Source: Dehalococcoidia bacterium
GTDB taxonomy: Bacteria; Chloroflexota; Dehalococcoidia; E44-bin15
DNA length: 64,000 nt
Direction: 5' to 3'
NCBI GenBank assembly: GCA_035528575.1
Contig: DATKYK010000005.1
Location: 30,381 to 94,380 of the forward strand
The translations under genes and the position numbers were made by a program. A model generated the notes under the pieces. That model did no database searches, was not told the origin of the DNA, and saw nothing but the letters and a program-made list of their open reading frames with translations. Positions 35,625 to 46,667 of the stretch are shown piece by piece. Positions within the stretch are counted from its first letter, which is position 1; each line of letters begins with the position of its first letter.

Positions 35625-36841
35625 GAATTTGCCTCCTTTGCAATAGGGGGAATATGTACAGTGGGGGGCAGGGGATTTATCTCTATTACCTGTCCCGCGA
35701 GCTTAAGAAATTGGGGCACGAGGTTCATGTCATTGTCGGTCCTCCCTATCCACATATTGCCGAGGGTATCACGGAGCACCGCCTAAAAAACCTGAACCTC
35801 TTCGAGTTCGGATTCCCCAAGAAAGACCCGTTCCAGGTTTTCACCCCGCTCAACCTCTACGAGCTGGCGGCAACCAGGATGGGTATGTTCCCCGAGATGT
35901 TCTCATTCAGCATCAGGGCCTACCAGAAACTGTGCCAGCTCCGTCGCCATCTCCACTTCGATATCATTCATGACAATCAGACCCTGGGCTATGGCATGCT
36001 TCTGATGAAGGCGTTTAAAATACCTGTGGTGGCTACCGTTCACCACCCCCTACCCATCGACAGAAAGACCGATATCGCCTATATACACAGGGCATGGGAG
36101 AGATTCGGCAGGATAATGTTCTACCCGCTGGTAATGCAGCACCTGGTGACCAGAAGAATGGATCGGGTAATCACGGTCTCAGAGAGCGCTGCAGAGGAGA
36201 CCAGGCGCGCCTTCAAGGTTCCCCGAGAGAAGATAAGGGTGGTCTACAATGGCATCGATACCGAGATGTTCCGGGAGCTGGATGGCAAGCGGAAGGAGAG
36301 AGGTCGCCTCCTCGTCGTGGCCAACACCAAGGACCGCAAAAAGGGGGTTATCTACCTGCTTCGCGCCCTTCAGCTACTCCGTGAAGAGATGGATGTGAAA
36401 TTAACTATCGTAGACCGTGGCGCCCCTGATAACGACTATACACCGGCCCTGGTGGAAAGGTTCGGGCTCGATGGAAGCGTCGAGTTTACCGGGAGACTGC
36501 GTGTGGAGGAACTAGTCGAGTGCTACGCAAGAGCCGAGGTGACAGTGGTTCCCTCCTTGTATGAGGGCTTTTGCCTTCCCGCTGCGGAAGCGATGGCCTG
36601 TGGCCTTCCCGTGGTCGCCACTACGGCGGGAGCGCTCCCTGAGGTTGTGGAGGACGGGAAGTGCGGCATCTTGGTGCCACCGCGGGACCACCATGCACTG
36701 GCTGGAGCACTCAAGCGCCTGCTTGACGACGAATCCCTGCGCCAGGCAATGGGGGAAGCGGGAAGGGAAAGGGTAAAACGCCACTTCACCTGGGAGGAGG
36801 CGGCACGGAAAACCCTGGAGGTATACCGGGAGGTAGTTTAG
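35621..36841 (+). CDS. GT4-family glycosyltransferase (paralog 1)
   Basis: 406 aa. GT-B fold, with E...E motif region EGFCLPAAEAMACGLPVVATTAGALPEVV. Confidence 0.8.
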   Translation: MRICLLCNRGNMYSGGQGIYLYYLSRELKKLGHEVHVIVGPPYPHIAEGITEHRLKNLNLFEFGFPKKDPFQVFTPLNLYELAATRMGMFPEMFSFSIRAYQKLCQLRRHLHFDIIHDNQTLGYGMLLMKAFKIPVVATVHHPLPIDRKTDIAYIHRAWERFGRIMFYPLVMQHLVTRRMDRVITVSESAAEETRRAFKVPREKIRVVYNGIDTEMFRELDGKRKERGRLLVVANTKDRKKGVIYLLRALQLLREEMDVKLTIVDRGAPDNDYTPALVERFGLDGSVEFTGRLRVEELVECYARAEVTVVPSLYEGFCLPAAEAMACGLPVVATTAGALPEVVEDGKCGILVPPRDHHALAGALKRLLDDESLRQAMGEAGRERVKRHFTWEEAARKTLEVYREVV

Positions 36842-37566
36842 TGCTTACCGTTAATTTTAACCTTTTTAAGATAAGAGACGGCGACAGGTTTTTAGACGTG
36901 GGCTGCGGTGATGGCAGGCACAGCTATGAAGCATACCGCCTCAACAATGGCAGTGGCATGACATGCTCTATGGATCTCGACGATTTATGCCTCAGGAAGA
37001 CCAAGTATGTGCTGGACCATATGGATCAACAGAACGGGTCCAGTGGTAACCGGAACGTGCTTTGCAGTGACGCCCTGAACCTCCCTTTTAAGGACCACTC
37101 CTTCAACAGGATTATCTGTGCTGAGGTTATGGAACACGTTAAGGATCCCGATCAGGGTATTCAGGAAATGGTGCGGGTACTCAAGCCTGGGGGACTGCTG
37201 GCGGTCACCGTGCCCACCTATGTGCCCGAAAAGGGCTGCTGGATACTGGATTCGGACTACTATAACCATCCCGGCGGCCACGTTAGGATATTCACCGCAC
37301 GAGGGCTGGTGAGGACACTGCGCCGCCATAACCTGGGGGTTTACGCTATTCGCTATGAACATGCCTTCCATTCTATCTATTGGATCCTGCGCTGCATCTT
37401 CGGGCTTAAGAATGAGGATTCAAGGGTTCCCGCGACCTACCTGAGGTTCCTAGAGATGCAGATAACCACCAAGTCCAGGTTTGTTCCCCGGGTAGAACGC
37501 ATTTTCAACTTCATATTTCCCAAAAGCATCGTTATCTATACCCGAAAGCAAAACAGGGGGAGCTAA
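36841..37566 (+). CDS. Class I SAM-dependent methyltransferase
   Basis: Motif I FLDVGCGDGRHS. Post I ...VLKPGGLLAV. Confidence 0.7.
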   Translation: MLTVNFNLFKIRDGDRFLDVGCGDGRHSYEAYRLNNGSGMTCSMDLDDLCLRKTKYVLDHMDQQNGSSGNRNVLCSDALNLPFKDHSFNRIICAEVMEHVKDPDQGIQEMVRVLKPGGLLAVTVPTYVPEKGCWILDSDYYNHPGGHVRIFTARGLVRTLRRHNLGVYAIRYEHAFHSIYWILRCIFGLKNEDSRVPATYLRFLEMQITTKSRFVPRVERIFNFIFPKSIVIYTRKQNRGS

Positions 37567-37568
37567 AG

Positions 37569-38831
37569 GTGAAAATATGTCTCCTGTGTTATCGGGGGAA
37601 TAAATACTGTGGTGGTCAGGGAGTTTATCTCTATTACCTATCTCGCGAGCTTCACCGGCTGGGACATGAAGTTGACATAATCGTTGGCCCGCCCTATCCC
37701 GATGTCCCCTGCGGTGTCAGGGCGCACTACCTGGAGAGCCTGAATCTGTACGATCGCAGGCATGACGGGAAAAGCCCCCTGTCCCAGGAAAAACCATTCC
37801 ACCTGCTCACCCCGTTTAACCTCTACGAGTTCGCCGGTAGCAAGCTGGGCATGTTCCCCGAAATGCTCACCTTCAGCCTTAAGGCATATCTCAAGATAAG
37901 GGAACTTCTCGACACCCATCGCTACGATGTCATTCATGATAACCAGTGCCTGGCCTACGGGCTGCTGCTGATGAAGACCCTCCAGATCCCCGTGGTCGCC
38001 ACCATTCACCACCCCCTCCCAATTGATACCAGGGCCGAACTTGCTCAGGAGACGAGCGTTTGGAAGAAGGTCAGGCAACTCCTTCTCTATCCCCCGCTAA
38101 TGCAGGGGATCGTTTCTCGCCGCCTTGATATGGTCATCACCGACTCGAATAGCTCGGCGTTTGAGATTGGCCGGGAATTCAGGATACCCGATAGCAAGAT
38201 TAGGATGGTTTACCCCGGCATCGATACCGATCTATTCCGGAATGTGAATGGGTTTGGTGCGAAGTCCGAAAAGGAGTTGGGCCGACTCATCATGGTCGGC
38301 AGAACCAGCGACCGCAAAAAGGGTGTCCTTTTCCTGCTTCAGGCGTTGCGGCTGCTGAAGCAGGAAAATGTGGCGCTTAAACTAACGGTGGTAGACCAGA
38401 TCGAGACAAATGATACCTATGCCCTCGACCTGGTGAAGGAGTACGGGATCGAGGACATGGTTGACTTCACCGGGAGGGTGACCACAGAGGAACTGGTGAG
38501 AGAGTACTCAGCAGCCCAGATCGCCATTACACCCTCCGTTTATGAAGGCTTCGGTCTCCCCGCAGCGGAGGCTATGGCATGCGAGGTTCCGGTAATCGCC
38601 ACCAGGGCCGGGGCGCTTCCTGAGGTGGTGGGTGAGGATGGGAAGAATGGCATTTTGGTGCCCCCCCAGGATCCCCATGCCTTGGCCAGGGCAATAAAAA
38701 GACTCCTGGGGGACGAACAGTTACGCCGAAGGCTGGGTGATGAGGGGAGGAGCAGGGTAACGCAACGCTTCTCCTGGGAGCAGACAGCAAGACAGATTAT
38801 CGACGTGTATGAAGAGGTCTGCAAGCGCTAA
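37569..38831 (+). CDS. GT4-family glycosyltransferase (paralog 2)
   Basis: 420 aa. N-terminus MKICLLCYRGNKYCGGQGVYLYYLSRELHRLGHEV parallels paralog 1. EGFGLPAAEAMACEVPVIATRAGALPEVV. Confidence 0.8.
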   Translation: MKICLLCYRGNKYCGGQGVYLYYLSRELHRLGHEVDIIVGPPYPDVPCGVRAHYLESLNLYDRRHDGKSPLSQEKPFHLLTPFNLYEFAGSKLGMFPEMLTFSLKAYLKIRELLDTHRYDVIHDNQCLAYGLLLMKTLQIPVVATIHHPLPIDTRAELAQETSVWKKVRQLLLYPPLMQGIVSRRLDMVITDSNSSAFEIGREFRIPDSKIRMVYPGIDTDLFRNVNGFGAKSEKELGRLIMVGRTSDRKKGVLFLLQALRLLKQENVALKLTVVDQIETNDTYALDLVKEYGIEDMVDFTGRVTTEELVREYSAAQIAITPSVYEGFGLPAAEAMACEVPVIATRAGALPEVVGEDGKNGILVPPQDPHALARAIKRLLGDEQLRRRLGDEGRSRVTQRFSWEQTARQIIDVYEEVCKR

Positions 38832-39595
38832 TTGCGTCTCGGCGTAACCCTGATAATGATAACATCGCTTAGCGAGGGGAACAGGCAGGCAATCTTATCG
38901 AGAGATACCAGGATGGCTGAAGCGACCCACCGGGGGAGCAGGGATAGAAATTTTCCCCAGTAAGGGGCAGTCCAGAGCAGTGACATGCCCCTTACTTTTT
39001 TTATCTCGAAATCATCTGCAACTGTCTTTTTCAGTATGGGGCAGTCGAACCTGTAGTTGTGGTCGGCAGGAGGCATCCAGGGATGGATGTCAGACTGTTT
39101 ACGGTAAAGCCTCTTCACAATAGAGAACCAGTTCCTCCCCAGTCGACAGCTAAGGCTTTCGAAGTTGGCAATAGCGATTATCGCAGCGCCACCAGGCTTT
39201 AGTGACTGAGATATATCCGCCATCGTCCTTGGTATGTCGGCGAAGTGGTCCAGCGCCCCCTTGCATATAATCTTATCCAGGGAGTTTCCTTTGAAGGGCA
39301 GCGCCTCCCCAATCCCGCGCACAAGGGCGACATCGCTATCTCTCAGGTTGCTTTTAGCCCCGCTCATCATCTTATCTGAGGGATCAATACCTATCGCTCT
39401 AACACCCTGCTTGCCTAGCTCCAGAGCATCCACTGCCCGGCCACACCCGATATCCAGTATTATCTCCCCGTTATTGGGGGCAACCATCTCCCGGATTATC
39501 TCCGCCATCTTGTCAAAGATAAATGCGGTATCGGGGTGAACCGTCTCCGGGACAACCCCCTCATCACCCCACTCCAGATCAACCTTTAGCTCCAT
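38828..39595 (-). CDS. Class I SAM-dependent methyltransferase (convergent)
   Basis: Motif I ILDIGCGRAVDAL. Post I KPGGAAIIAI. Confidence 0.7.
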   Translation of the reverse strand: MELKVDLEWGDEGVVPETVHPDTAFIFDKMAEIIREMVAPNNGEIILDIGCGRAVDALELGKQGVRAIGIDPSDKMMSGAKSNLRDSDVALVRGIGEALPFKGNSLDKIICKGALDHFADIPRTMADISQSLKPGGAAIIAIANFESLSCRLGRNWFSIVKRLYRKQSDIHPWMPPADHNYRFDCPILKKTVADDFEIKKVRGMSLLWTAPYWGKFLSLLPRWVASAILVSLDKIACLFPSLSDVIIIRVTPRRN

Positions 39596-39796
39596 TTGCT
39601 CTCCAACCAGGGCGTTATAACAGGTTGAGCCCCTTAACCGAAGGAGCCCATATTTTCAGGATGCCAGCACAAAATCTCACTACCAGATAGATGCTAGGGA
39701 CATATCTACCAGGGTAATTACCATATCAAGGAAAAACAACCTTAATGGTACGCACTAACTGTCCCTCCTGACCCTGTAAATCTCATCGCCATTTGT

Positions 39797-40354
39797 CTAG
39801 CCTGCTTTTTTCCGGTACATGGCCTTCCCCTCCTCGTATAAATCCCCCCCGTGGGCATCGTTTACCACAGTGGCGGGGAAGTCCTCCACCTCAAGGCGCC
39901 TGATTGCTTCTGCCCCCAGGTCATCGTAGGCTACTACCTCAGCCTTCTTTATCGACCTGGCAATGAGAGCACCGGCTCCCCCGATGGCGGCGAGGTACAC
40001 CCCCTTGTTTTTCACGATAGCTTCCTTTACCTCCGACGAGCGGCTGCCTTTTCCTATCATGACCTTTAGCCCTTCGGCAATGAGGCGCGGAGAATAGGGG
40101 TCCATGCGCCCGCTGGTAGTGGGTCCCGCCGCACCGATAACCGCACCCGGCTTAGCCGGGGAGGGGCCCATATAATAAAGGGTCTGACCATGGAAATCGA
40201 ATGGCGGCTCTTCCCCGCGATCCAGGGCTTCGGTCAGCCGCTTATGAGCAGCATCACGTGCGGTATAAATGACCCCGCTGATTAATACCTGTTCCCCAGA
40301 TCTTAGATCCTCGATGGTCTTATCATCTAGGGGCGAGGTAATCTTCTTCAACAT
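39797..40354 (-). CDS. Class I fumarate hydratase / tartrate dehydratase, beta subunit
   Basis: 185 aa Fe-S hydro-lyase beta (C-terminal domain) family (...GVIYTARDAAHKRL...YYMGPSPAKPG...). Confidence 0.8.
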   Translation of the reverse strand: MLKKITSPLDDKTIEDLRSGEQVLISGVIYTARDAAHKRLTEALDRGEEPPFDFHGQTLYYMGPSPAKPGAVIGAAGPTTSGRMDPYSPRLIAEGLKVMIGKGSRSSEVKEAIVKNKGVYLAAIGGAGALIARSIKKAEVVAYDDLGAEAIRRLEVEDFPATVVNDAHGGDLYEEGKAMYRKKAG

Positions 40355-40380
40355 CGCAATCCTCCATTTCGATGCTCGGT

Positions 40381-41181
40381 TTATTTTACCGTAAACTCAG
40401 GCACCTCTATCTTCGGCTTTATCTCCGTCGGTGCCGGGGCGATAGGGGCAGGCCGTTTCCCCCTTTTTAACCGCAGACTACTAGCCACCATCGCTCGCTT
40501 GAGCAGTTGTATGGCTAGTGCCGGATCGACGCCCTTAGGACATGCCTCCGAGCAGGCACCAGCCAGGTGACACAGCCAGATGCCGTGACGCGAGTCGGCT
40601 TGGCAGAACCTCTCCCTAGCTCCCGTATCCCTGGTATCAGTGCAGTATCTATATGCCTGGGTTAGCGACTGGGGACCTATAAAAAGATCGTCCCAGGCCA
40701 CAGTGGGGCAGGCTGACATGCAAAGCCCGCATTTTAGGCAATACGAAAACTGCGCATATGCCTCCAGCTCATCTGTTGATTGTACAGATTCCGCTTCAGT
40801 TTCCTCGGCCCCTTCTCCGCCCATTACGTAGGGCTTTATCGACCTGTGCTTCTCGAAGAGGGAAACCAGATCGGGCACCAGGTCCCTGATAATGGGAAAG
40901 TTGTGTAGGGACCTTACCGTTATCGTACCCGCACCCAGCTCTTCAACGGGGGTGTGGCAGGCGAGCATAGGGAAACTGTTTACGAGCATGCCGCAGGAGC
41001 CACAGATTCCCATGCGGCACGAGCTGCGAAATGAAAGGGTGTTATCCATATTCTCCTTGATGTAGATAAGGCCATCCAGCACCGTCATCCCTTTACGCAG
41101 TGGAATGGTGAACTGCTGAAGATAGGGCTTCTGATCTTTGCCGGGGAGGTACCGCTGCACCTTGAAGGTTAACTCTTGCAC
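40381..41181 (-). CDS. sdhB: Succinate dehydrogenase / fumarate reductase iron-sulfur subunit
   Basis: SCRMGICGSCGM (2Fe-2S), CLKCGLCMSACP and CHLAGACSEACP (4Fe-4S/3Fe-4S). Confidence 0.9.
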   Translation of the reverse strand: MQELTFKVQRYLPGKDQKPYLQQFTIPLRKGMTVLDGLIYIKENMDNTLSFRSSCRMGICGSCGMLVNSFPMLACHTPVEELGAGTITVRSLHNFPIIRDLVPDLVSLFEKHRSIKPYVMGGEGAEETEAESVQSTDELEAYAQFSYCLKCGLCMSACPTVAWDDLFIGPQSLTQAYRYCTDTRDTGARERFCQADSRHGIWLCHLAGACSEACPKGVDPALAIQLLKRAMVASSLRLKRGKRPAPIAPAPTEIKPKIEVPEFTVK

Positions 41182-41211
41182 AAGCTACTCCTTGCTACCT
41201 GTTTTTTTCAC

Positions 41212-41544
41212 TCATAGGAAGGCATTTATGGGAATATAGACAGCGTAACCGAAGATCGCCAGCCCTACGACCACCAAGCCCCAGTCCAGCAATCTGGCAG
41301 GAGGCTTGGGTATTCTCGATTCTATAATTATGGTTCGAAGTCCATGTATCCCGTGGTAAAGCCCAAATATCAAGAGGAGTACATAGCAGATGAGCCAACC
41401 GGCGCTGGCCGCCCTCTCTGAAACCGCTCCCCAATCCGTTTGCTCGCCGCTTCCCAGGTATATGATTACTAAATGCAAACCTACAAGGAAGAAGAGCCCT
41501 ATACCGGTAATGTACTGTAGAATCTTAAGATTAGTCTCTCTCAT
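41212..41544 (-). CDS. sdhD: Succinate dehydrogenase membrane anchor subunit
   Basis: 110 aa, 3 TM, with His for heme b (LYHGIHG). Confidence 0.7.
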   Translation of the reverse strand: MRETNLKILQYITGIGLFFLVGLHLVIIYLGSGEQTDWGAVSERAASAGWLICYVLLLIFGLYHGIHGLRTIIIESRIPKPPARLLDWGLVVVGLAIFGYAVYIPINAFL

Positions 41545-41553
41545 AGCGGTCTC

Positions 41554-42003
41554 CTAGGTCAGAATCACGATTAGAACATATATCACCAGTGCCGCCATCA
41601 GCGCCAGCATCATCCAAACCAGGTATCGCTTACGGCGCAGGGCATCGACATAGGGATATACCGGTGTCTTGGGCCTGCCTAGGGTGTACCCCAGGTGTTG
41701 CAGTATGAGCCTGCCGCCGTTCAGGGCATGGATGATAAAGGCTGCTGCTACCAGGTATTCGCCCGCCTTGAACCCGGGGTGGCTGAAGATCCCCATGATG
41801 TCAGTCCAGCTTTCCACACCCCCCAGGCGGAAGCCATTCATGGCTAGGTGCAGGGTTATATATAGAAGTAAGCCGAGCCCGGTCAGCCTATGCAGGGTGT
41901 AGAGATAGCGCTCCAACGTGTAGCGCCCCGCCCATGCCCAACCCTTTATACCCAGACGATTGGGTAAATGCCCGCTCTGGCTACCTGCTGCCTTCATTGC
42001 CAT
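41554..42003 (-). CDS. sdhC: Succinate dehydrogenase cytochrome b subunit
   Basis: 149 aa, 3 TM. HRLTGLGLLLYITLH and FIIHALNG heme-ligand contexts. Confidence 0.75.
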   Translation of the reverse strand: MAMKAAGSQSGHLPNRLGIKGWAWAGRYTLERYLYTLHRLTGLGLLLYITLHLAMNGFRLGGVESWTDIMGIFSHPGFKAGEYLVAAAFIIHALNGGRLILQHLGYTLGRPKTPVYPYVDALRRKRYLVWMMLALMAALVIYVLIVILT

Positions 42004-43724
42004 TAGTATTTCCTCTCAACCGGTTTCCACATGGTGATATTCACCGGGATATAGTCCAGTCGCGGCCCTTCTGGTGTATAATAAGCCAGGGTATGCCTCT
42101 CCCAGTTGACGTCGTCCCGCTTGGGAAAGTCCCGCCTGGAATGCGCCCCCCTGGACTCGGTGCGCGCCAGGGCACCGGCCACGATTACCTCTGCCACATC
42201 AACCAGGTTAACCATTTCCAGAACGGCGAGCAGGTTGGTATTATATATCCGACTCTCATCCTTAACCCTTACTTGCCCAACCCTCTTTTTAAGTTCCCTT
42301 ATCTTTTCCAGAGCCTGTTCCAACTCCGAGCCATCACGATAAACAGCCACATTGTGGTCCATCACTCGTTGCAGTTCCGTGCGTAGGGCAAAGATATCCT
42401 CGCTTCCACTGCCACGCCCAATTTGCTCAAACAATCGTTCACTTTGCTCCTGAGCCTTCTGCTGAGGAGCAGGTGGAAGAGACCTCTGACCCATAGCATA
42501 ACGTGCTGCTTTCTCTCCTGTGATCCTACCCCAGACCAGGCACTCAGCGGTAGAATTGGCGCCCAGGCGATTTGCCCCGTGCAGGGATACACAAGCTGCC
42601 TCCCCCGCTGCCCAGATGCCCTCAACAGGTGTCGCCCCGTCAATATCGGTATGGATGCCCCCCATGAAATAGTGAGCCGCCGGCCGAATGGGTATGGGCT
42701 GCTCTATGGGGTCGATGAAGGCAAACCTGATGGCAACCTCCCTGATAAGTGGCAATCGCTCATTTATCTTTTGTGCCCCTAGATGGCGCAGGTCAAGATG
42801 AACATAGTCCAGGCCATCTGGTCCCGATAAACCTCTACCCTCCAAAATCTCGGTTATCTCAGAGCGGGATACGATATCCCGGGGCGCAGTTTCCATCTTG
42901 GAAGGCGCGTACCGCTCCATGAATCTCTCACCTTCACTGTTAATCAGATACCCGCCCTCGCCCCTCGCAGCCTCAGTGATCAGGATACCCGAAGGTATCA
43001 ACCCAGTTGGGTGAAACTGCACAAACTCCATATCCTTAAGTGGCATACCAGCCCTATAGGCCATAGCCAAACCGTCTCCGGTAGCTGTTAGGGAATAGGT
43101 GGTAAATCCAAACATGCGGCAGCCACCACCGGTAGCTATAACAAGGGCTTTACCTCTTATCACAAAAAAATCCCCGGTGGTCAGATCCCAAACCGTTATA
43201 CCCTGAAAGATGCCATTATCTATCAAAATAGAAGTAACGTAGCATTCATCATAGCGTGTAACGCTGGCATACTGCTGAAGGGTATCGTATAGGGTGTGCA
43301 TCTCAAAGAAGCCAGTCTTGTCCTCAGCGAAGGTAGCCCGATCGAAGCTGTGCCCCCCGAACGGCCTCTGGTTTATGCGGCCATCAGGACGTCTGGACCA
43401 GGGGATACCCCAGCGATCCAGTTGCAGGATCTCCATGGGAGACTCCTCGACGAAACGCCACACCACATCCTGGTCAGCCAGGAAATCGCTCCCCCTTACC
43501 GTATCCCAGGCGTGAAGCTCGAGGCTATCGCCCTCTTCCGGGCGCATGACTGCGGCGGTTCCACCCTCGGCGCAGACAGAATGCGAGCGCATTAGCTGCA
43601 CCCGGGAAACAATGGCTATATCCATCTCGTCACCGCTCACACGGGCAGCTTCAATCGCTGCCCTTAAACCTGCCAGACCAGAACCCAGAATTACTACATC
43701 ATGAGTAGTTTCTACAGCTACCAT
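42003..43724 (-). CDS. sdhA: Succinate dehydrogenase / fumarate reductase flavoprotein subunit
   Basis: 573 aa. DVVILGSGLAGLRAAIEA FAD fold. RSHSVCAEGG (FAD-attachment His region), HYFMGGI, RLGANS. Confidence 0.9.
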   Translation of the reverse strand: MVAVETTHDVVILGSGLAGLRAAIEAARVSGDEMDIAIVSRVQLMRSHSVCAEGGTAAVMRPEEGDSLELHAWDTVRGSDFLADQDVVWRFVEESPMEILQLDRWGIPWSRRPDGRINQRPFGGHSFDRATFAEDKTGFFEMHTLYDTLQQYASVTRYDECYVTSILIDNGIFQGITVWDLTTGDFFVIRGKALVIATGGGCRMFGFTTYSLTATGDGLAMAYRAGMPLKDMEFVQFHPTGLIPSGILITEAARGEGGYLINSEGERFMERYAPSKMETAPRDIVSRSEITEILEGRGLSGPDGLDYVHLDLRHLGAQKINERLPLIREVAIRFAFIDPIEQPIPIRPAAHYFMGGIHTDIDGATPVEGIWAAGEAACVSLHGANRLGANSTAECLVWGRITGEKAARYAMGQRSLPPAPQQKAQEQSERLFEQIGRGSGSEDIFALRTELQRVMDHNVAVYRDGSELEQALEKIRELKKRVGQVRVKDESRIYNTNLLAVLEMVNLVDVAEVIVAGALARTESRGAHSRRDFPKRDDVNWERHTLAYYTPEGPRLDYIPVNITMWKPVERKY

Positions 43725-43791
43725 TCTACACCCACAAGCTTTTCTTTTAGTATAGCCTTCAACAATCCGAGACTATGGAAAATTTCTACTT

Positions 43792-44643
43792 TCAGAGAAT
43801 CGCCTCCTTATGCCTTGCGGCGTGGCAATTCAGGTTCACCGCCACCGGCATCATCGCAATATGCGTCGGAAAGACCTCGGCGTGCACCGCCAGGGCTGTG
43901 GTCCTACCACCGAAACCCTGCGGCCCGATGCCCAGGTTATTCACGCGCTCCAGTATTTCCCGCTCCAGCTCAGCCATCTCGGGGTCTGGATTTGGCTCTC
44001 CCACCCGGCGCAGCAGTGCCTTTTTCGCCAATATCGTCGCCTTATCTGCCGTCCCACCAATCCCCACGCCGACGACAATCGGTGGACAAGGATTGGAGCC
44101 TGCCTCCGCCACCGATTTCACCACGAATTCGATAACCCCCTGACGGCCCTTGGCTGGGGTGAGCATAGCAAGACGGCTCATGTTCTCGCTACCGCCGCCC
44201 TTGGGCATGACCGTGATCTTCAAGCAGTCCCCTGGCACCATGTCTAGGTGTATCACAGCGGGGGTGTTATCTTTGGTATTCGCCCTTGCCGAGAAAGGCT
44301 GGCTCACTATGGATTTTCTGAGGTAGCCATCCTCATAACCCCGGCGTACCCCCTCTTCAACGGCGGTATAAAGATCGCCACCGGTAACATGGGCATCCTG
44401 ACCCAGCTCAAGAAATATCACTGCGGTACCACAGTCCTGACATATAGGGATATTCTCATTCGTGGCGATACTGTCATTCTCCAATATCTGATCTAAGACC
44501 TGCTGCCCTAAGGTGGATTCCTCCTTCTCCCTAGCCTGCTTAAGCGCCTCTAGGACATCCTCTCCGATATTGAAATTTGCCCGCTGACAGAGGTGTGCCA
44601 CGGTGTTGACAATATCCGCAACCGATATTTCTCTCATCGTCAC
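43792..44643 (-). CDS. Class I fumarate hydratase / tartrate dehydratase, alpha subunit
   Basis: 283 aa Fe-S hydro-lyase alpha (N-terminal domain) family (...[19 protein letters not shown]...[12 protein letters not shown]...). Confidence 0.8.
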   Translation of the reverse strand: MTMREISVADIVNTVAHLCQRANFNIGEDVLEALKQAREKEESTLGQQVLDQILENDSIATNENIPICQDCGTAVIFLELGQDAHVTGGDLYTAVEEGVRRGYEDGYLRKSIVSQPFSARANTKDNTPAVIHLDMVPGDCLKITVMPKGGGSENMSRLAMLTPAKGRQGVIEFVVKSVAEAGSNPCPPIVVGVGIGGTADKATILAKKALLRRVGEPNPDPEMAELEREILERVNNLGIGPQGFGGRTTALAVHAEVFPTHIAMMPVAVNLNCHAARHKEAIL

Positions 44644-45569
44644 TCCAGCTTCATAATAGCTACGAGTTCCTTTACCGCCTCAGCCGAGCGCTTGAGCGCC
44701 TCGCTCTCCTCAGGTGTCAGCTTTAATTCAATGATCTGCTCGATCCCACTGGCTCCCAGCTTTGCCGGGACTCCGACGTATGCACCGTTGATGCCGTATT
44801 CGCCCTCGAGGTAGGCAGCACAGGGGAGGATCTTCTTTCTATCGAACACTATAGCTTCAACCATCTGGACTGCTGCCGCGGAGGGGGCATAGTAGGCACT
44901 TCCTGTCTTGAGCAGGCCAACGATCTCGGCGCCGCCCTTCACAGTGCGTTCCAAGATAGCATCCACTCTATCTTTCGACAGAAGCTCGGTCATTGGGATG
45001 CCACCAACGGTAGTCAATCGGGGGATTGCTACCATAGTGTCGCCGTGCCCACCAAGGAGGCATGCAGCAACGTCGTCAACCGACACACCGAGCTCCATTG
45101 CGATAAATGTCCTGAGCCTGGATGAATCGAGGATTCCGGACTGCCCCATGACGCGATTCTTGGGGAACTTGCTCACATGAAGCGCCAGCTGCGTCATGGC
45201 ATCTAGTGGGTTGGTGACCACGATGATGATGCAATTAGGGGAATACTCCACCACGTTCTCGGTAACCTCTTTGATGATCTTCATGTTGGTGAGGATGAGG
45301 TCATCGCGGCTCATCCCTGGCTTTCGCGCTATGCCCGAGGTGATGACTACGATATCGGAATCCGCTGTCTCCTCGTAGCCGTTGGTACCGATAATACTGG
45401 AGTCGAAGTTCAGGATCGGTCCACTTTGCAGGATATCCAGTGCCTTCCCTTGAGGCAGCCCCTCGATGATGTCCACCATCACCACATCGGCATAGCCCCC
45501 CTCCACGATCCGCTGGGCGCAGGTAGCACCCACATTCCCGGCACCAACAACTGTGACCTTATTTCGCAT
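44640..45569 (-). CDS. mdh: Malate dehydrogenase (LDH-like family)
   Basis: [15 protein letters not shown] Rossmann. [25 protein letters not shown]. Confidence 0.85.
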   Translation of the reverse strand: MRNKVTVVGAGNVGATCAQRIVEGGYADVVMVDIIEGLPQGKALDILQSGPILNFDSSIIGTNGYEETADSDIVVITSGIARKPGMSRDDLILTNMKIIKEVTENVVEYSPNCIIIVVTNPLDAMTQLALHVSKFPKNRVMGQSGILDSSRLRTFIAMELGVSVDDVAACLLGGHGDTMVAIPRLTTVGGIPMTELLSKDRVDAILERTVKGGAEIVGLLKTGSAYYAPSAAAVQMVEAIVFDRKKILPCAAYLEGEYGINGAYVGVPAKLGASGIEQIIELKLTPEESEALKRSAEAVKELVAIMKLE

Positions 45570-45573
45570 TGCT

Positions 45574-46653
45574 CTACTCCTTCATTTTTTCGATTACGGC
45601 ATCAGCAACCTGTGAGGTGCCTACCGCCGTGGGGTCGTTGCGGTCGCGTTTCATATCATAGGTAACCGATTTCCCCTCAGCGATAACCTGGACTATGGCA
45701 CTCTCCATCCTATCGGCAGCCTCTTTCTCCCCGAGGTGGCGGAGCATCATCACCCCGGAGAGCATCATGGCCATAGGGTTTACCTTGTTCTGACCGGCAT
45801 ATTTAGGGGCGCTGCCATGGGTCGGTTCAAAGACGGAGATATCATTCCCGATATTGGCTCCAGGGGCGATCCCCACCCCACCAATAAGCCCGGCACAAAG
45901 CTCGGAGACGATGTCACCATAAAGGTTCGGTAGGACGATAACATCATGGTGCTGAGGGAAACGTACTAGTTGTGAGCACATGCTATCGACCATGTGGGAT
46001 TCAAACTCAATGTCGGGGTAATCCTTAGCAACCTCGGTTGTGATTGATAAAAAGAGCCCATCGGTTTCCTTCAGGATATTCGCCTTGTGAACTACAGTAA
46101 CCTTTTTGCGGCCATGGGCTCTGGCATAATCGAAGGCATACTGTGCAATCCTTCGGGTGGCATTGGGGGATATCGCCTTGATGCTAAAGCTCGAATCCGC
46201 ATTGACCCAGTTTCCGTTTTCCTCAATGAGGCGGGTAAGCTTTATCGCCTCGGGGGTCTGCCTACGGCACTCGATCCCCAGGTAGAGGTCCTCGGTATTT
46301 TCTCGCACCACTACAACATCTACATTAGTGTGGATGGAAGGAGCACCGGGGTAGCTCTTGCAGGGGCGGAGGCAAACATAGAGATCCAGCCCCTTCCTTA
46401 TCGCTACATTGACGCTGCGAAAGCCCGAGCCCACGGGGGTGGTGATCGGGCCTTTCAAGGCTACCTTGTTCCTCCTGATGGAGTCGAGTAGTTCATTGGG
46501 AAGTAAAGAGCCATACTTTTCTTGAGCCCTCTCGCCGGCAAACGCTTCCTCCCAGTTGAACTCGATCCCGGTCGCCTCAAGGACCCTTACTGCAGCCTCG
46601 GTTACCTCAGGACCGATGCCATCGCCCCTAATTAGTGTAATGGTATATGCCAA
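45574..46653 (-). CDS. icd: Isocitrate dehydrogenase (short, prokaryotic/archaeal-type; beta-decarboxylating dehydrogenase family)
   Basis: [41 protein letters not shown] is closest to IDH rather than Leu[11 protein letters not shown]. Confidence 0.65.
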   Translation of the reverse strand: MAYTITLIRGDGIGPEVTEAAVRVLEATGIEFNWEEAFAGERAQEKYGSLLPNELLDSIRRNKVALKGPITTPVGSGFRSVNVAIRKGLDLYVCLRPCKSYPGAPSIHTNVDVVVVRENTEDLYLGIECRRQTPEAIKLTRLIEENGNWVNADSSFSIKAISPNATRRIAQYAFDYARAHGRKKVTVVHKANILKETDGLFLSITTEVAKDYPDIEFESHMVDSMCSQLVRFPQHHDVIVLPNLYGDIVSELCAGLIGGVGIAPGANIGNDISVFEPTHGSAPKYAGQNKVNPMAMMLSGVMMLRHLGEKEAADRMESAIVQVIAEGKSVTYDMKRDRNDPTAVGTSQVADAVIEKMKE

Positions 46654-46667
46654 TATATATCTCCGCG

